Of a stretch of DNA of 64,000 bases, positions 22,053 to 31,626 are shown piece by piece; the stretch's first letter is position 1, and every line of letters starts with the position of its first letter. This stretch comes from a virus. Where the stretch lies: the IMG/VR virus record IMGVR_UViG_3300029319_009044, positions 32,001-96,000 of that record; one strand, written 5' to 3'. The notes below the pieces were generated by a model. It saw only the letters and a list, made by a program, of their open reading frames with translations. It had not been told where the DNA came from and did not search any database. Made by a program: the position numbers and the translations under genes.

Positions 22053-22217
22053 ATGGAAGAAGTTATAGTAGAAGGTTTAGATTACGAAGATTTTGTTACA
22101 ATTAAAAATATACTAATAAACAATACCTCTTTTAAGTGTAATGAAAAAGATTTATTATCTAACAATCTTATAATTTTAGAAAAAATAGAAAAAATTATTG
22201 AGGTATTCAATGAATAA
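22053..22217 (+). CDS. Small hypothetical protein (54 aa), absent from the ORF track
   Basis: MEEVIVEGLDYEDFVTIKNILINNTSFKCNEKDLLSNNLIILEKIEKIIEVFNE; TATAAC 6 nt before ATG; fills the gap exactly. Confidence 0.5.
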   Translation: MEEVIVEGLDYEDFVTIKNILINNTSFKCNEKDLLSNNLIILEKIEKIIEVFNE

Positions 22218-22225
22218 ATACTTGT

Positions 22226-22438
22226 ATGAATGCAAGTGTCTGGAAAGGTTGTTCTTTATGTGAAGAATTTTCAGACTATGTTTTGTATGATGATTTAAAT
22301 GATAGTATTCTCGTAAATATACATGAGGATTACTTAAAAATTATTAGGAAAGAATTAATGAAAATAGGATACTACTTAGTGTTTAAAACTAAGCTTGAGA
22401 TAACTAATTCCTATACCTGTACTTTTATAAAGGGTTGA
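22226..22438 (+). CDS. Small hypothetical protein
   Basis: 70 aa, CxxC near the N-terminus; TAAATA-N5-ATG. Confidence 0.5.
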   Translation: MNASVWKGCSLCEEFSDYVLYDDLNDSILVNIHEDYLKIIRKELMKIGYYLVFKTKLEITNSYTCTFIKG

Positions 22439-22455
22439 GTAATTAAATATAATTA

Positions 22456-23322
22456 ATGGGCTTTCCAGTTGACATAAAACTACCTGATCAAGCGAGATAT
22501 TATACTTTTATAGAAACTAGTAAAAGATTTAATTCTAACTATGATATTACATGGTCTTTTGAGTATAAGCTTCCTGAAACAAGTATACCTAATAATAATA
22601 ATTATGAACTAGGATTTAGTACTTTTATTACTAATTTATCTGCTCCTTTATCTTCATTACCGGGTCAATATATTGGTGATCAAGATCCTGGTGTGAGCTT
22701 GTCAGCAGTAGCTCTTCTTACAGAAGGAGCAGCACCTGAACTCTTAAGAACACAAAGTGATGATACTTTGGTTTATGATGGAGGTACACTTAGTGGCTCT
22801 ATTGTAAAAATAGCTTTTGATTCAACCGGAAGATATGCACTTTCAGCTAGAGATGATAGACCAGGGGTAACTGAAGCTGAAATAAATAGGCAGTCTTTAG
22901 TAGTAAGAGATTATCAATTGAATGTAAGAGCAAATTCACCTCTTTCTACTATATCTAATGTTTTTAGTACGTTATCAACTAATACATTTAGAACGTTAAG
23001 ATTTAGGTATGTAAATTTAGGTCAAAAAGTACATATTGATTTTAGAGAAAGCGATACTACTGAATTTACCTTACTAACTACTATAAACATCGAACCAAGA
23101 TTAACTGGTTTAGATAATTTAGAGAATTTTTATTGTGGTTTCTCGCTTTCAACTCCAATTTCAACAACTGATACGGGGCTATCTGCTAGAGATTTCTTTT
23201 TACGTAATTTTAATGTAGAAGGGTATGTAGGAACAGAAGTTCTCACTGAAACTGTCATGACCCCTCCGTTATCTGTTAATTCTAATATACAGTATACTAC
23301 TGTAACTAATATAACCGCATAA
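22456..23322 (+). CDS. Virion protein, possible lectin/ConA-like beta-sandwich
   Basis: Beta-strand pattern (DITWSFEY, KIAFDSTG, LRFRY, YCGFS); late TAAATA at 22444-22449. Confidence 0.35.
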   Translation: MGFPVDIKLPDQARYYTFIETSKRFNSNYDITWSFEYKLPETSIPNNNNYELGFSTFITNLSAPLSSLPGQYIGDQDPGVSLSAVALLTEGAAPELLRTQSDDTLVYDGGTLSGSIVKIAFDSTGRYALSARDDRPGVTEAEINRQSLVVRDYQLNVRANSPLSTISNVFSTLSTNTFRTLRFRYVNLGQKVHIDFRESDTTEFTLLTTINIEPRLTGLDNLENFYCGFSLSTPISTTDTGLSARDFFLRNFNVEGYVGTEVLTETVMTPPLSVNSNIQYTTVTNITA

Positions 23323-26300
23323 TGAATATATCTAAACTAAATGTTCTAAATATAGAAACTAAAAATACACAACTACCTAAATTAGGAGGTGGTGGTGTTG
23401 AAGGATCATATTCTCAAGCAGAAGGTACAGTATTCGTTTCAAAGATAGAAGTAGATAAATTTTATTATCCAGAATTAAGTTATCAAATATTTGATAATAA
23501 TGGAGATACTGATGCTTTTGGAGATCCGTTAATAAGCTTTAGTGGTAATACTCACTTAACTGATATTGAAGGTAAATATTTTATAATTGTTGAACAAACT
23601 TTAGAAGGTATAGCTGATCCTAATAATGGTAGTATGAATTTTACTCTTCAGTTTACTAATGCAGAAGAGGATATAGGTATACCTTTAAACGTTTCTTTAA
23701 TAGTAACTAATGAAGAGGGTGATGTATCAGGTGTAAGTACAACTCCTCAAGTTGGTACATGTCCTTCAAGTACATGTCCTCCGAGTATATGTCCATCTAT
23801 ACAAAGACCAGAACTAAGTGTAAACGTAGAAGAGGTAGTACCTATACAAAGACCTGAATTAACTACTTATGTTGAAGAGGTAGTACCTATACAAAGATCA
23901 GAACAAAGTGTAAATGTAGAACAAGTAGTACCTATACAAAGACCAGAACTAAGTGTAAACGTAGAAGAAGTAGTACCTATACAAAGATCAGAACAAAGTG
24001 TAAATGTAGAGGGTGTTGTTCCTATACAAAGACCTGAACTAACTACATGTGTTTTAAGTGATTTAAGAGTAGTAAGTACTACAAAGGTTCCAGAACCTAC
24101 AGTAAATGTTAATAAAGATTGTGCTGGTGTCATTAGTTGTGTTGAGAAACCAGGAGCCGGCTGTAGACAAACTGTTGATGAAACTGCGGTGCCAAGGTTA
24201 GGTGATTGTGATTATCAAGAGCCAACTGCTATTACTGAAGAGGAGTATCTAGGCATAGTTGAAGATGAACCAACTATAGTTACAGAGACTGAAGAATCCA
24301 CTGCTACTACAGAAGAGGAGTATTTAGGTATAGAGACTGAAAGGGAAGAAATAGTTACTAATGTAAATAGAGTAATACCAATATCTACTACAGAAGAATC
24401 CACTGCTACTACAGAAGAGGAGTATTTAGGTATAGTAGAAGATGAACCTTCCTTTATTGAAGAAGAAATAGTTCCTGAGGAATCACAATCAATAATTATA
24501 GATCCTATTAATGTTGCTACAGGTCAAGAGTTAAAGGACGCACTAGGTAAGGCACCTATTATTAATATAGTAAGTGACATAACTCTTACTGAATTTTTAT
24601 ATATTCCTGGTAATACTACTATTAGAGGTATTAATAATCCTAGAGTACTATCAACAGCAGGTGCAGCTTTTAACATTAGAGAAGATAACATTACTTTAAC
24701 AGGATTTACTTTAGCTAATGCAGATGGTAATAACGGTTATGGAATAGAGATTGGTAGAAAAGGGGGAAGAGCTAGTTTAAATGCACCGAAAAATATTATT
24801 ATTGACTCTTTGACGTTCGATGGTATAGCTGGATCCACTGATAAAGCTACTGCTATAAATGTTTCAGGTTATCAATTCGTAAGTACATTAGTTGAACCAT
24901 TTAGAACAGTTCCTGGATTATTAGAAGGAGCTAGTTTAATAAAAAATGTAAAAATAACAAATAACATTTTTAAAAATATTCCTAATACTGCTTTAGAGAT
25001 ATGGAACGCAGAAGATGTAGTAGTTGATTCTAATATATTTGAAACTACTCGAGGTACCCATACAACAAGAGGTAATGCTGTAAGAGCTAATTCGTTAGTA
25101 AATGCAAGATTTACTAGTAATACGTTGAAAGATATAGGAAGATCTGGTATAGAAATTACCGGTAATGGTACTGTAGGTGTATTAGTACAAGATAATAAAA
25201 TTGAAAAGTTTGGTACACAAACCAATTTAGTTCGCACTTTTACTTCTGGTATTACTATAGTACAAGGTGCTAATGAAGTTACAATTAAAGATAATACTAT
25301 AGAAGGTAGTGGTAAAGGTGGTGGTATTGAAATGGCTCAAAACTCTTCTAACTTTCTAATAGAAAATAATACAATATCTAACGTAAACAAAGGTATATCT
25401 ATTTCAGCTCATGTTGATTCATTTAATGTTAAAAATAATATTATAAATTACTTACAATATGGTATTCAAACTTATCAAGCTTGGAATGGTAGAATAAATT
25501 CAAATATATTAACCCAGCCTGATTCACCCGAAGTAGCCAATCCTGCAATATCAATAGAACAGAGTAATGGCATAGTTGTAGTCTTGAATACGATCAATGG
25601 TGATTTTTATGAAAGTAATGATGAGAAGGCAATATTAGTTTATGCTAATTACCCAACTCAGGAATCAAAATTACTCTACGCTGGTGGTACAAGAGAAAAT
25701 AGATTAGCTATGTTAGATTATGCTAGAGGTATACCTAATATATATGATCAAGTTTATAAGCCAGCAGCTTCAAAAGTAGATGATGTTATAGCTAATACTT
25801 TAGAAAATAACATAGTAAACGGAGATCCAGATAGCAGGGTTTTTTTTTCTCAAAGTAGCAGAGTAGTTTTACCTAGTGGAGTAGCTGGTACTACTGGAAG
25901 GAAAGAATTTGAAGTTTTAGTTCTTGAGCAAAAAGAAATTATAGAAATAATAGATACTTCTTTTAATACTGCTGTAATAAATGATACCGGTACGTGTCAA
26001 ACAATACAAGAAGTAATAGTTGATAACCAAAATGTTACTCCACCTGAAGAAGATACATCAACAGTACTAATTGAGGAGGATAAAATTAATAATACTGTAA
26101 CGTTTACTACTGTTGAGACAGTTGAAACTGTAAATAAAGATGATCTCAATATAGTAACCGTAGATGTTGATCCAACATTAGGTTTTTGTTCAACTAATAC
26201 TGAAGAAACACCTGAATTACCAACAACAACTTGCACAAATTTACTCGTTAATTGTGTGAATATAAAAAATTGTGGTTCTTTATGTACAACTACAACACCA

Positions 26301-27317
26301 GTAAGAAATCCTGAAACTACATGCCAGGTAGATACTACAATTACATTTAATAATGATACAACATGCTCAACTGGTTCAACTTGTGAAGTAGATAGAACTA
26401 TTACAGTTGATACATGTGAAGTCAAAACTTGTGATACTATATGTATACCAGGTACTTGTGTTACCGGACCAACTTTATGTAATACTATAGATATTTGCGA
26501 AACACCAACAGTTGTTGTTGATACTATCGATAATCTCTTTGGAACAGATATAGAGACGGAGACTACTACTACTTGTAACCCCCCTATAATAGTTGATCAA
26601 GGTACATGTATTGATGTATGTGCTCCCGGGCCAACAACTTGTCTACCTCCTTTAACTACTGATATATGTGACACTGATAGACCTATAGTTTGTCTACCTG
26701 GTCCGTTTGATATAATTACAGATACTGAAATTAGCTTACCGGGACCAACAACTGATATACCAGATATTACTACTATACCTGAGCCTACAACTTGTATACC
26801 AACGCCAACTGGTGGTTGCTGTCCTCCTACAGAAACTGTAACATGTGTACCTAGGCGTATATGTATACCTGGACCAATTACTCCGCCTGTAGAAATTATT
26901 CCACCACCTGTTATAGTTGACCCACCGATTACCTTTCCACCGCCTATTATTTTTACACCACCACCAGAAATACCTCCATTTATTCCTGCAGACTGTGGTA
27001 AGCCTCCTATACCTAGAGTAGGTGTTCCAGTAGGTGAAGATCCTATCGTTCCTGTTGAAGATGCACCTGAGCCAGAAGTACAACCACCAGTTATTGAAGC
27101 TCCTGTATTACTTTATCCAGCTCCTGTTCTACCATTAACCCAACCGTTTCTAAGTAATATTAATTTTAATACTAATATAACTAAAAAAACTCCTACTCCA
27201 TACTCTTTTGAGGAAGAAGAAACTTCTACCACTATCGATAGACCAACGCCAGAGGATACAGCTTTAAAACAACAGTTATGTGATGACGAAGAAGATTGTG
27301 ATACTTTAGGATTTTAA
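23322..27317 (+). CDS. 1331-aa modular virion protein with right-handed beta-helix domain, tandem repeats and Cys/Thr- and Pro-rich C-terminal regions
   Basis: Parallel beta-helix pattern (NVKITNNIF, V.I.DNTI, FLIENNTI) in the central third; low-complexity flanks. Confidence 0.6.
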   Translation: MNISKLNVLNIETKNTQLPKLGGGGVEGSYSQAEGTVFVSKIEVDKFYYPELSYQIFDNNGDTDAFGDPLISFSGNTHLTDIEGKYFIIVEQTLEGIADPNNGSMNFTLQFTNAEEDIGIPLNVSLIVTNEEGDVSGVSTTPQVGTCPSSTCPPSICPSIQRPELSVNVEEVVPIQRPELTTYVEEVVPIQRSEQSVNVEQVVPIQRPELSVNVEEVVPIQRSEQSVNVEGVVPIQRPELTTCVLSDLRVVSTTKVPEPTVNVNKDCAGVISCVEKPGAGCRQTVDETAVPRLGDCDYQEPTAITEEEYLGIVEDEPTIVTETEESTATTEEEYLGIETEREEIVTNVNRVIPISTTEESTATTEEEYLGIVEDEPSFIEEEIVPEESQSIIIDPINVATGQELKDALGKAPIINIVSDITLTEFLYIPGNTTIRGINNPRVLSTAGAAFNIREDNITLTGFTLANADGNNGYGIEIGRKGGRASLNAPKNIIIDSLTFDGIAGSTDKATAINVSGYQFVSTLVEPFRTVPGLLEGASLIKNVKITNNIFKNIPNTALEIWNAEDVVVDSNIFETTRGTHTTRGNAVRANSLVNARFTSNTLKDIGRSGIEITGNGTVGVLVQDNKIEKFGTQTNLVRTFTSGITIVQGANEVTIKDNTIEGSGKGGGIEMAQNSSNFLIENNTISNVNKGISISAHVDSFNVKNNIINYLQYGIQTYQAWNGRINSNILTQPDSPEVANPAISIEQSNGIVVVLNTINGDFYESNDEKAILVYANYPTQESKLLYAGGTRENRLAMLDYARGIPNIYDQVYKPAASKVDDVIANTLENNIVNGDPDSRVFFSQSSRVVLPSGVAGTTGRKEFEVLVLEQKEIIEIIDTSFNTAVINDTGTCQTIQEVIVDNQNVTPPEEDTSTVLIEEDKINNTVTFTTVETVETVNKDDLNIVTVDVDPTLGFCSTNTEETPELPTTTCTNLLVNCVNIKNCGSLCTTTTPVRNPETTCQVDTTITFNNDTTCSTGSTCEVDRTITVDTCEVKTCDTICIPGTCVTGPTLCNTIDICETPTVVVDTIDNLFGTDIETETTTTCNPPIIVDQGTCIDVCAPGPTTCLPPLTTDICDTDRPIVCLPGPFDIITDTEISLPGPTTDIPDITTIPEPTTCIPTPTGGCCPPTETVTCVPRRICIPGPITPPVEIIPPPVIVDPPITFPPPIIFTPPPEIPPFIPADCGKPPIPRVGVPVGEDPIVPVEDAPEPEVQPPVIEAPVLLYPAPVLPLTQPFLSNINFNTNITKKTPTPYSFEEEETSTTIDRPTPEDTALKQQLCDDEEDCDTLGF
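23797..24046 (+). repeat. In-frame 45-bp tandem repeat, about 5.5 units (15-aa IQRPELSVNVEEVVP)
   Basis: CTATACAAAGA at 23797, 23842, 23887, 23932, 23977 and 24022 (period 45). Confidence 0.92.
24291..24435 (+). repeat. Exact 43-bp direct repeat (EESTATTEEEYLGI), with a degenerate third copy just upstream
   Basis: GAAGAATCCACTGCTACTACAGAAGAGGAGTATTTAGGTATAG at 24291-24333 and 24393-24435. Confidence 0.9.
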
Positions 27318-27550
27318 ATATTACCTAGAGAAGACTCTACTTTAAGATCATGCTTCATAGAGTGAAATCTTTCGTCAATATACTTTTGAAACGCAAGAGG
27401 TTTTATCCATTTATCATTAGTTGTATTAACATCCTCTTTACTATCAACTACTTGTAAAGCTTCAATTAAACAGCACCATCTAACTAATTCATCGAACTCC
27501 ATAGTCTTAGTAGTACCATCTTTTAAATTAAAAGTATATTTTTTATTCAT
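27314..27550 (-). CDS. Hypothetical protein
   Basis: 78 aa; GGAAC-N5-TATAAT-N5-ATG upstream. Confidence 0.55.
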   Translation of the reverse strand: MNKKYTFNLKDGTTKTMEFDELVRWCCLIEALQVVDSKEDVNTTNDKWIKPLAFQKYIDERFHSMKHDLKVESSLGNI

Positions 27551-27561
27551 ATATAATTATA

Positions 27562-28011
27562 TTATAGTTCCGTTCCCGGCTTATATTCAGAAGTAATTTT
27601 TATATCTTCTTGTTTATCCTCTTTTTTAAGCTCAACATTTTGTTCAGTATATAAAGGCTGTGTGAGTAAAGTTGGTGTAACGGAAAATTCTATTCTAAAT
27701 TCATTATTGCATTGTTCACATATATATGTTTCTTCTAAGTTATAAAATAGGTTTGTAGTATGAATATAGTTACCACAGGGGCAGGGTATTTTTGCTTCGC
27801 TTAAACTTAAAAGCTGATCTAGTTCTTGCTCAAAATCATTAGTAAGGGTTTGTACTTGGTTAATTTTAGAAGATCTATAGACAAAAGCTACTACAAACTG
27901 AATAACAAATGTAAGTGCAAACGTTTCCCAAAAACCTATTAAATTTTTTAAACCAAAACTAAAACCTAGGGATACTAATAAAGTAATTATAATAGACCTC
28001 AAAAGAGTCAT
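27562..28011 (-). CDS. Membrane protein with C-terminal zinc ribbon
   Basis: Two N-terminal hydrophobic segments; CPCG...CEQC. Confidence 0.55.
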   Translation of the reverse strand: MTLLRSIIITLLVSLGFSFGLKNLIGFWETFALTFVIQFVVAFVYRSSKINQVQTLTNDFEQELDQLLSLSEAKIPCPCGNYIHTTNLFYNLEETYICEQCNNEFRIEFSVTPTLLTQPLYTEQNVELKKEDKQEDIKITSEYKPGTEL

Positions 28012-28364
28012 ATAGCTATTTTAGCTAGATCTTCTGGAATATCAAGTACTAATTCGTTTATCTTATCAATTTTATTGTTAATATTGTCTATTGCTCCTTT
28101 ATTTATACCTTTATGTGGTAACTCAGTTGGACCTTCTATAGGTTGATTTTTTATACGAGATAACATATTTCTTAATTCAGCTAAAGATACAAATACATTA
28201 CCAAGCATTTCATTCATTACATTAAAATCATAAGGTAGTATAGGTGGTGCTTTTTGATGTTTTTCATCTTCTTTATATTTCATTTCTTGTCCACTAGTCG
28301 ACATTTTATAATTAACAGGCGTGTCATCTTTATTAACACTATAAGGAAATTCCGCTCCATTCAT
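28008..28364 (-). CDS. Hypothetical protein
   Basis: 118 aa; TAAATA-N5-ATG on the minus strand. Confidence 0.5.
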   Translation of the reverse strand: MNGAEFPYSVNKDDTPVNYKMSTSGQEMKYKEDEKHQKAPPILPYDFNVMNEMLGNVFVSLAELRNMLSRIKNQPIEGPTELPHKGINKGAIDNINNKIDKINELVLDIPEDLAKIAI

Positions 28365-28396
28365 GTAATTATTTATGCTAGAGAATAAATATTTTT

Positions 28397-28831
28397 ATGA
28401 CTAAATTTGAGAGACGTTTTTTTAGAAATCTACATGAGCAAAATGACGAAAGAGAAGCATTTGAAGCTGAATTAGATGATAATACCGATCCTGGTGATTT
28501 TGATGTAGATACACAGGTTGATGATACAGTAGTAGATGAAGATCCTAGTGTAAAAGCTGCTCAAGCAGTTAATGAACGTAATGAAGCTATGAAAGAAGAG
28601 CTTAGAGGTTGGATTGGTAAGATGGAAGAATTTTTAGACTATCTTAATGGAGAAGAAGCTGGTTCAATACAACAGCAATTAGCTAATGCAGAACCAGATA
28701 CTATTTTTGATAGAATGAAAGCTTCTGAGCAAAGAAAATTAGCTCGGGTAGCTACTGAACTTGCAGGCGTTACTGAATCATTTAAAGGATATTTAGCACA
28801 GACAGGTAATTCTCAGTTTAAGTATGTTTAA
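28397..28831 (+). CDS. Acidic late protein, possible head internal/core protein
   Basis: MTKFERRFFRNLHE targeting-peptide-like start; TAAATA at 28386-28391. Confidence 0.45.
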   Translation: MTKFERRFFRNLHEQNDEREAFEAELDDNTDPGDFDVDTQVDDTVVDEDPSVKAAQAVNERNEAMKEELRGWIGKMEEFLDYLNGEEAGSIQQQLANAEPDTIFDRMKASEQRKLARVATELAGVTESFKGYLAQTGNSQFKYV

Positions 28832-29876
28832 TTAGATTTCTATACTTTTTAATTTCTGATAACTTAACAATACCTTCGAGTCCTTCGAAGGTATTTTTTT
28901 CTATAAACTGCCATCTTATTTCATCTATTTGAGTTGCCATAGCAATATCATTAAAGTCTTTAAATCTCTTTCCAAACTTTTCAGGCCATATAAATACTTT
29001 CTCTTTTTGTTTAAGTAAAGCCTCAGATTTTACTAATGAAGCTTGATCAACCCACTGAGAATCAAGTATCCACACCTTATCATACCATTTCAAAGAGTTT
29101 AGCTGCTGCTCTTGTCTTTGAGTAAAAGATCTACCGCGTTCAGTAATACCTGCTACTGCTATAGAATTTTTAGTAAAGAAAGCATTTAAAGGCCCTTCAA
29201 AAATATAAACTTTATCATGATCATTAGATACCTTATCAATATTAAACAAAGTTTTTTCTGCTTGTACTTTACCTAAATACTTAGGTTTAGTTTTATTATC
29301 TTTATTTAAAACTGTACGAGTTTGATAAAACTCTATTTCTCCAACTTCATTAATAAAGGGTATAACTAATCGATTTTTATGAACTTTATCAACTAATGAA
29401 ACATATAAATTAGTAGGTCGATTTACAGCAGTATCTAATCTACGTTCTTTAATAAGATATCTAACAGCTGTAACAACATTATTGCTATTATAATAGTCAA
29501 GTTGAAACTCATCAGACAAATTAATACTATCTTTAGGTAAGGTTTCGACCTGAATAGGCTTTTGTAATCCCTCTTTACTTTCAAGTATATCTTTTGTATC
29601 AGGAACATATTCTTTAAGTTCGTTAATTATATCAGTATCAGAGCTTTTAGATACTTCTTTTATCCATCGTAAAGGTTTACCTGACCAGCCACAGTTATGA
29701 CAAAATATATTTTCATTTTTAGGAATATAATAACATCTTCTTTTCTTTCCTAATGATTTTCCCTCTCTACATATAGGGCAACTACACTGATATACATTAT
29801 TAAATTTATTATACTTAGGGTAATATCCCAGTTCAAAGAATTTAAGTATAACAAAATCTTCAGGAAGTGATATCAT
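28818..29876 (-). CDS. gp61: DNA primase (T4 gp61-like)
   Basis: CPIC...CHNC zinc domain, KPKYL, TOPRIM FEGPLNA, KDFND. Confidence 0.9.
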   Translation of the reverse strand: MISLPEDFVILKFFELGYYPKYNKFNNVYQCSCPICREGKSLGKKRRCYYIPKNENIFCHNCGWSGKPLRWIKEVSKSSDTDIINELKEYVPDTKDILESKEGLQKPIQVETLPKDSINLSDEFQLDYYNSNNVVTAVRYLIKERRLDTAVNRPTNLYVSLVDKVHKNRLVIPFINEVGEIEFYQTRTVLNKDNKTKPKYLGKVQAEKTLFNIDKVSNDHDKVYIFEGPLNAFFTKNSIAVAGITERGRSFTQRQEQQLNSLKWYDKVWILDSQWVDQASLVKSEALLKQKEKVFIWPEKFGKRFKDFNDIAMATQIDEIRWQFIEKNTFEGLEGIVKLSEIKKYRNLIKHT

Positions 29877-30744
29877 TTAATTTATTATAAAGACTTTCCA
29901 TAAAAAATAAATTATACCAGTTTTCTTTTTTAGATAATATTCTTTCAAAAGAATGTTCTTTGCAAAACTTTAAAAAGGTCTTATAACAAGACTTTATTTT
30001 TACTTCAAGTTGCTCTCTATAGTACTCCTTTTCTTCCGGAATAGTTTCGTATTTATCTAAACAAAATATATCTGCGTTTCGTTTAAATATTTTTTGCTGA
30101 GATTCATTTAAAATAAATCCTGGATCGTTTAGGTATTTTTTTACTGAAGCTTGACCAAATCTTGGTATGCCTGGTACGTTATCAGATTTATCACCTGTTA
30201 AACACTTAGCTATATACCACTCATCAACATCCTTATAACCAGTTTCCTTTTCAAAACAATTTATGTCAAAATACTTTTTTCTTATAGGGTCATATAAAGT
30301 ACATTCTTCACTAACTAATTGTAAAAAGTCCCTATCTACTGATACTATAATCTTTTCACCTTGTTTTTCTCTACAAATATATGCTACTACATCATCTGCT
30401 TCAAGTTGACAAGGAAAAATAGAATTAATACCCATTGATCTAAGAATAGATTTAATAACTTCATTATTTTGATGAGGTGAGGTATCTTTAGACCTATTAC
30501 CTTTATAGCTTTCTAAAACATCCTTACGAATATTCTTTTTATAGATAGGCTTTTCATCCCATACAAAAATAGTATTATCCGGAACAAATAGCTTCACGTA
30601 GGAGCTTACCGCATTAAGCGTAAAGTAAATATGAAAGTTATTAACCTTTTCTTGAGAATGAGTTTCGGTTTTTTTAGACTGATTCTTTGCTGTATAATAT
30701 GTTCGGTGTATTAAATTGTTGCCGTCTATTATCAGAGTTTTCAT
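29860..30744 (-). CDS. rnh: RNase H / 5'-3' exonuclease (T4 rnh-like, FEN superfamily)
   Basis: IIDGNN, YKGNR, EADD, SVDRDFLQL, GDKSDNVPGI. Confidence 0.9.
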   Translation of the reverse strand: MKTLIIDGNNLIHRTYYTAKNQSKKTETHSQEKVNNFHIYFTLNAVSSYVKLFVPDNTIFVWDEKPIYKKNIRKDVLESYKGNRSKDTSPHQNNEVIKSILRSMGINSIFPCQLEADDVVAYICREKQGEKIIVSVDRDFLQLVSEECTLYDPIRKKYFDINCFEKETGYKDVDEWYIAKCLTGDKSDNVPGIPRFGQASVKKYLNDPGFILNESQQKIFKRNADIFCLDKYETIPEEKEYYREQLEVKIKSCYKTFLKFCKEHSFERILSKKENWYNLFFMESLYNKLNDITS

Positions 30745-30979
30745 TTTTATTATATTGAGACTCTACTACCTCATATACATCATTAGGAAGTTCTTCTACT
30801 AATTTAATTATATCATTGTTCCTTCCGGAATCAAATGCTTCTAATGGTACTATTACATTATCCATTTTAGGTATAGAAAGACAACCTATAAAATCGTTTT
30901 GTATATCAACAACAGCAAACATTTGACCAACATAGTCACCAGTTTGTACAGCATATATTTGTTGCTTAGAGTATTTCAT
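30674..30979 (-). CDS. Hypothetical protein
   Basis: 101-aa ORF in the replication operon. Confidence 0.5.
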   Translation of the reverse strand: MKYSKQQIYAVQTGDYVGQMFAVVDIQNDFIGCLSIPKMDNVIVPLEAFDSGRNNDIIKLVEELPNDVYEVVESQYNKNENSDNRRQQFNTPNILYSKESV

Positions 30980-31286
30980 CTGGACCAGGAGGATTTAATC
31001 CTTTAATAGTTTGTATTTCAGAAGCGAAATATTTCATTAAAAAGGAATTTAGAGCTTCTTTTTGTTGCGGTGTAGCTGCAGCTTTAATATCTATATGTTT
31101 ACCGGTAAAATCATAACCTAATAAAATATAACTATCTAAATATTCACTTAATATACTTGCGAGTCTATTTGCTAAGTCTTGACGTTTTTTAAATTTTTTT
31201 TTCTCTTTAAGGTTATCTTTAAGAGCGCGTTCGACCATCTCTCTTAATTCTTCATCTTCATGAGAGCTATGATCTTGATCTTCCAT
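30966..31286 (-). CDS. Hypothetical protein
   Basis: 106 aa; TAAATA-N5-ATG. Confidence 0.5.
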   Translation of the reverse strand: MEDQDHSSHEDEELREMVERALKDNLKEKKKFKKRQDLANRLASILSEYLDSYILLGYDFTGKHIDIKAAATPQQKEALNSFLMKYFASEIQTIKGLNPPGPDEIL

Positions 31287-31290
31287 ATGT

Positions 31291-31626
31291 TTATTTATTC
31301 AAAAAATTATTTTCATTCTTTTGTCTAACACCACTCTTAAGTAATTTTTGTACTACTACTTCAATAGAGTCAGTTTTTAAGCTAAAACTATTTTTGAACA
31401 TTTGATTACCGTCGTTAAATTGAAATAAATACTCACCTTTGAATGGGGTGTTTTCAAAACAAGTTACATATACAGATGCTCCAGAAGGGTCGATTAACAC
31501 TGTCCATTTACGAGGGTCGCTTTCACTATACTTATCAAAAATTCTTAAAGTAACAAAATCATTATCTTTAAGTCTTTTAATAAAATAACCGGGAGTTTTT
31601 AATTTATTCTTTTTTTGATTAATCAT
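31291..31626 (-). CDS. Hypothetical protein
   Basis: 111 aa basic ORF abutting the clamp gene. Confidence 0.5.
   Translation of the reverse strand: MINQKKNKLKTPGYFIKRLKDNDFVTLRIFDKYSESDPRKWTVLIDPSGASVYVTCFENTPFKGEYLFQFNDGNQMFKNSFSLKTDSIEVVVQKLLKSGVRQKNENNFLNK

Noticed and set aside
23797-24046. CRISPR-like array (GTAGTACCTATACAAAGA recurring every 45 bp)
   Set aside because: The intervening segments are near copies of each other, the period is a multiple of three, it is in frame within a CDS and no cas genes are present
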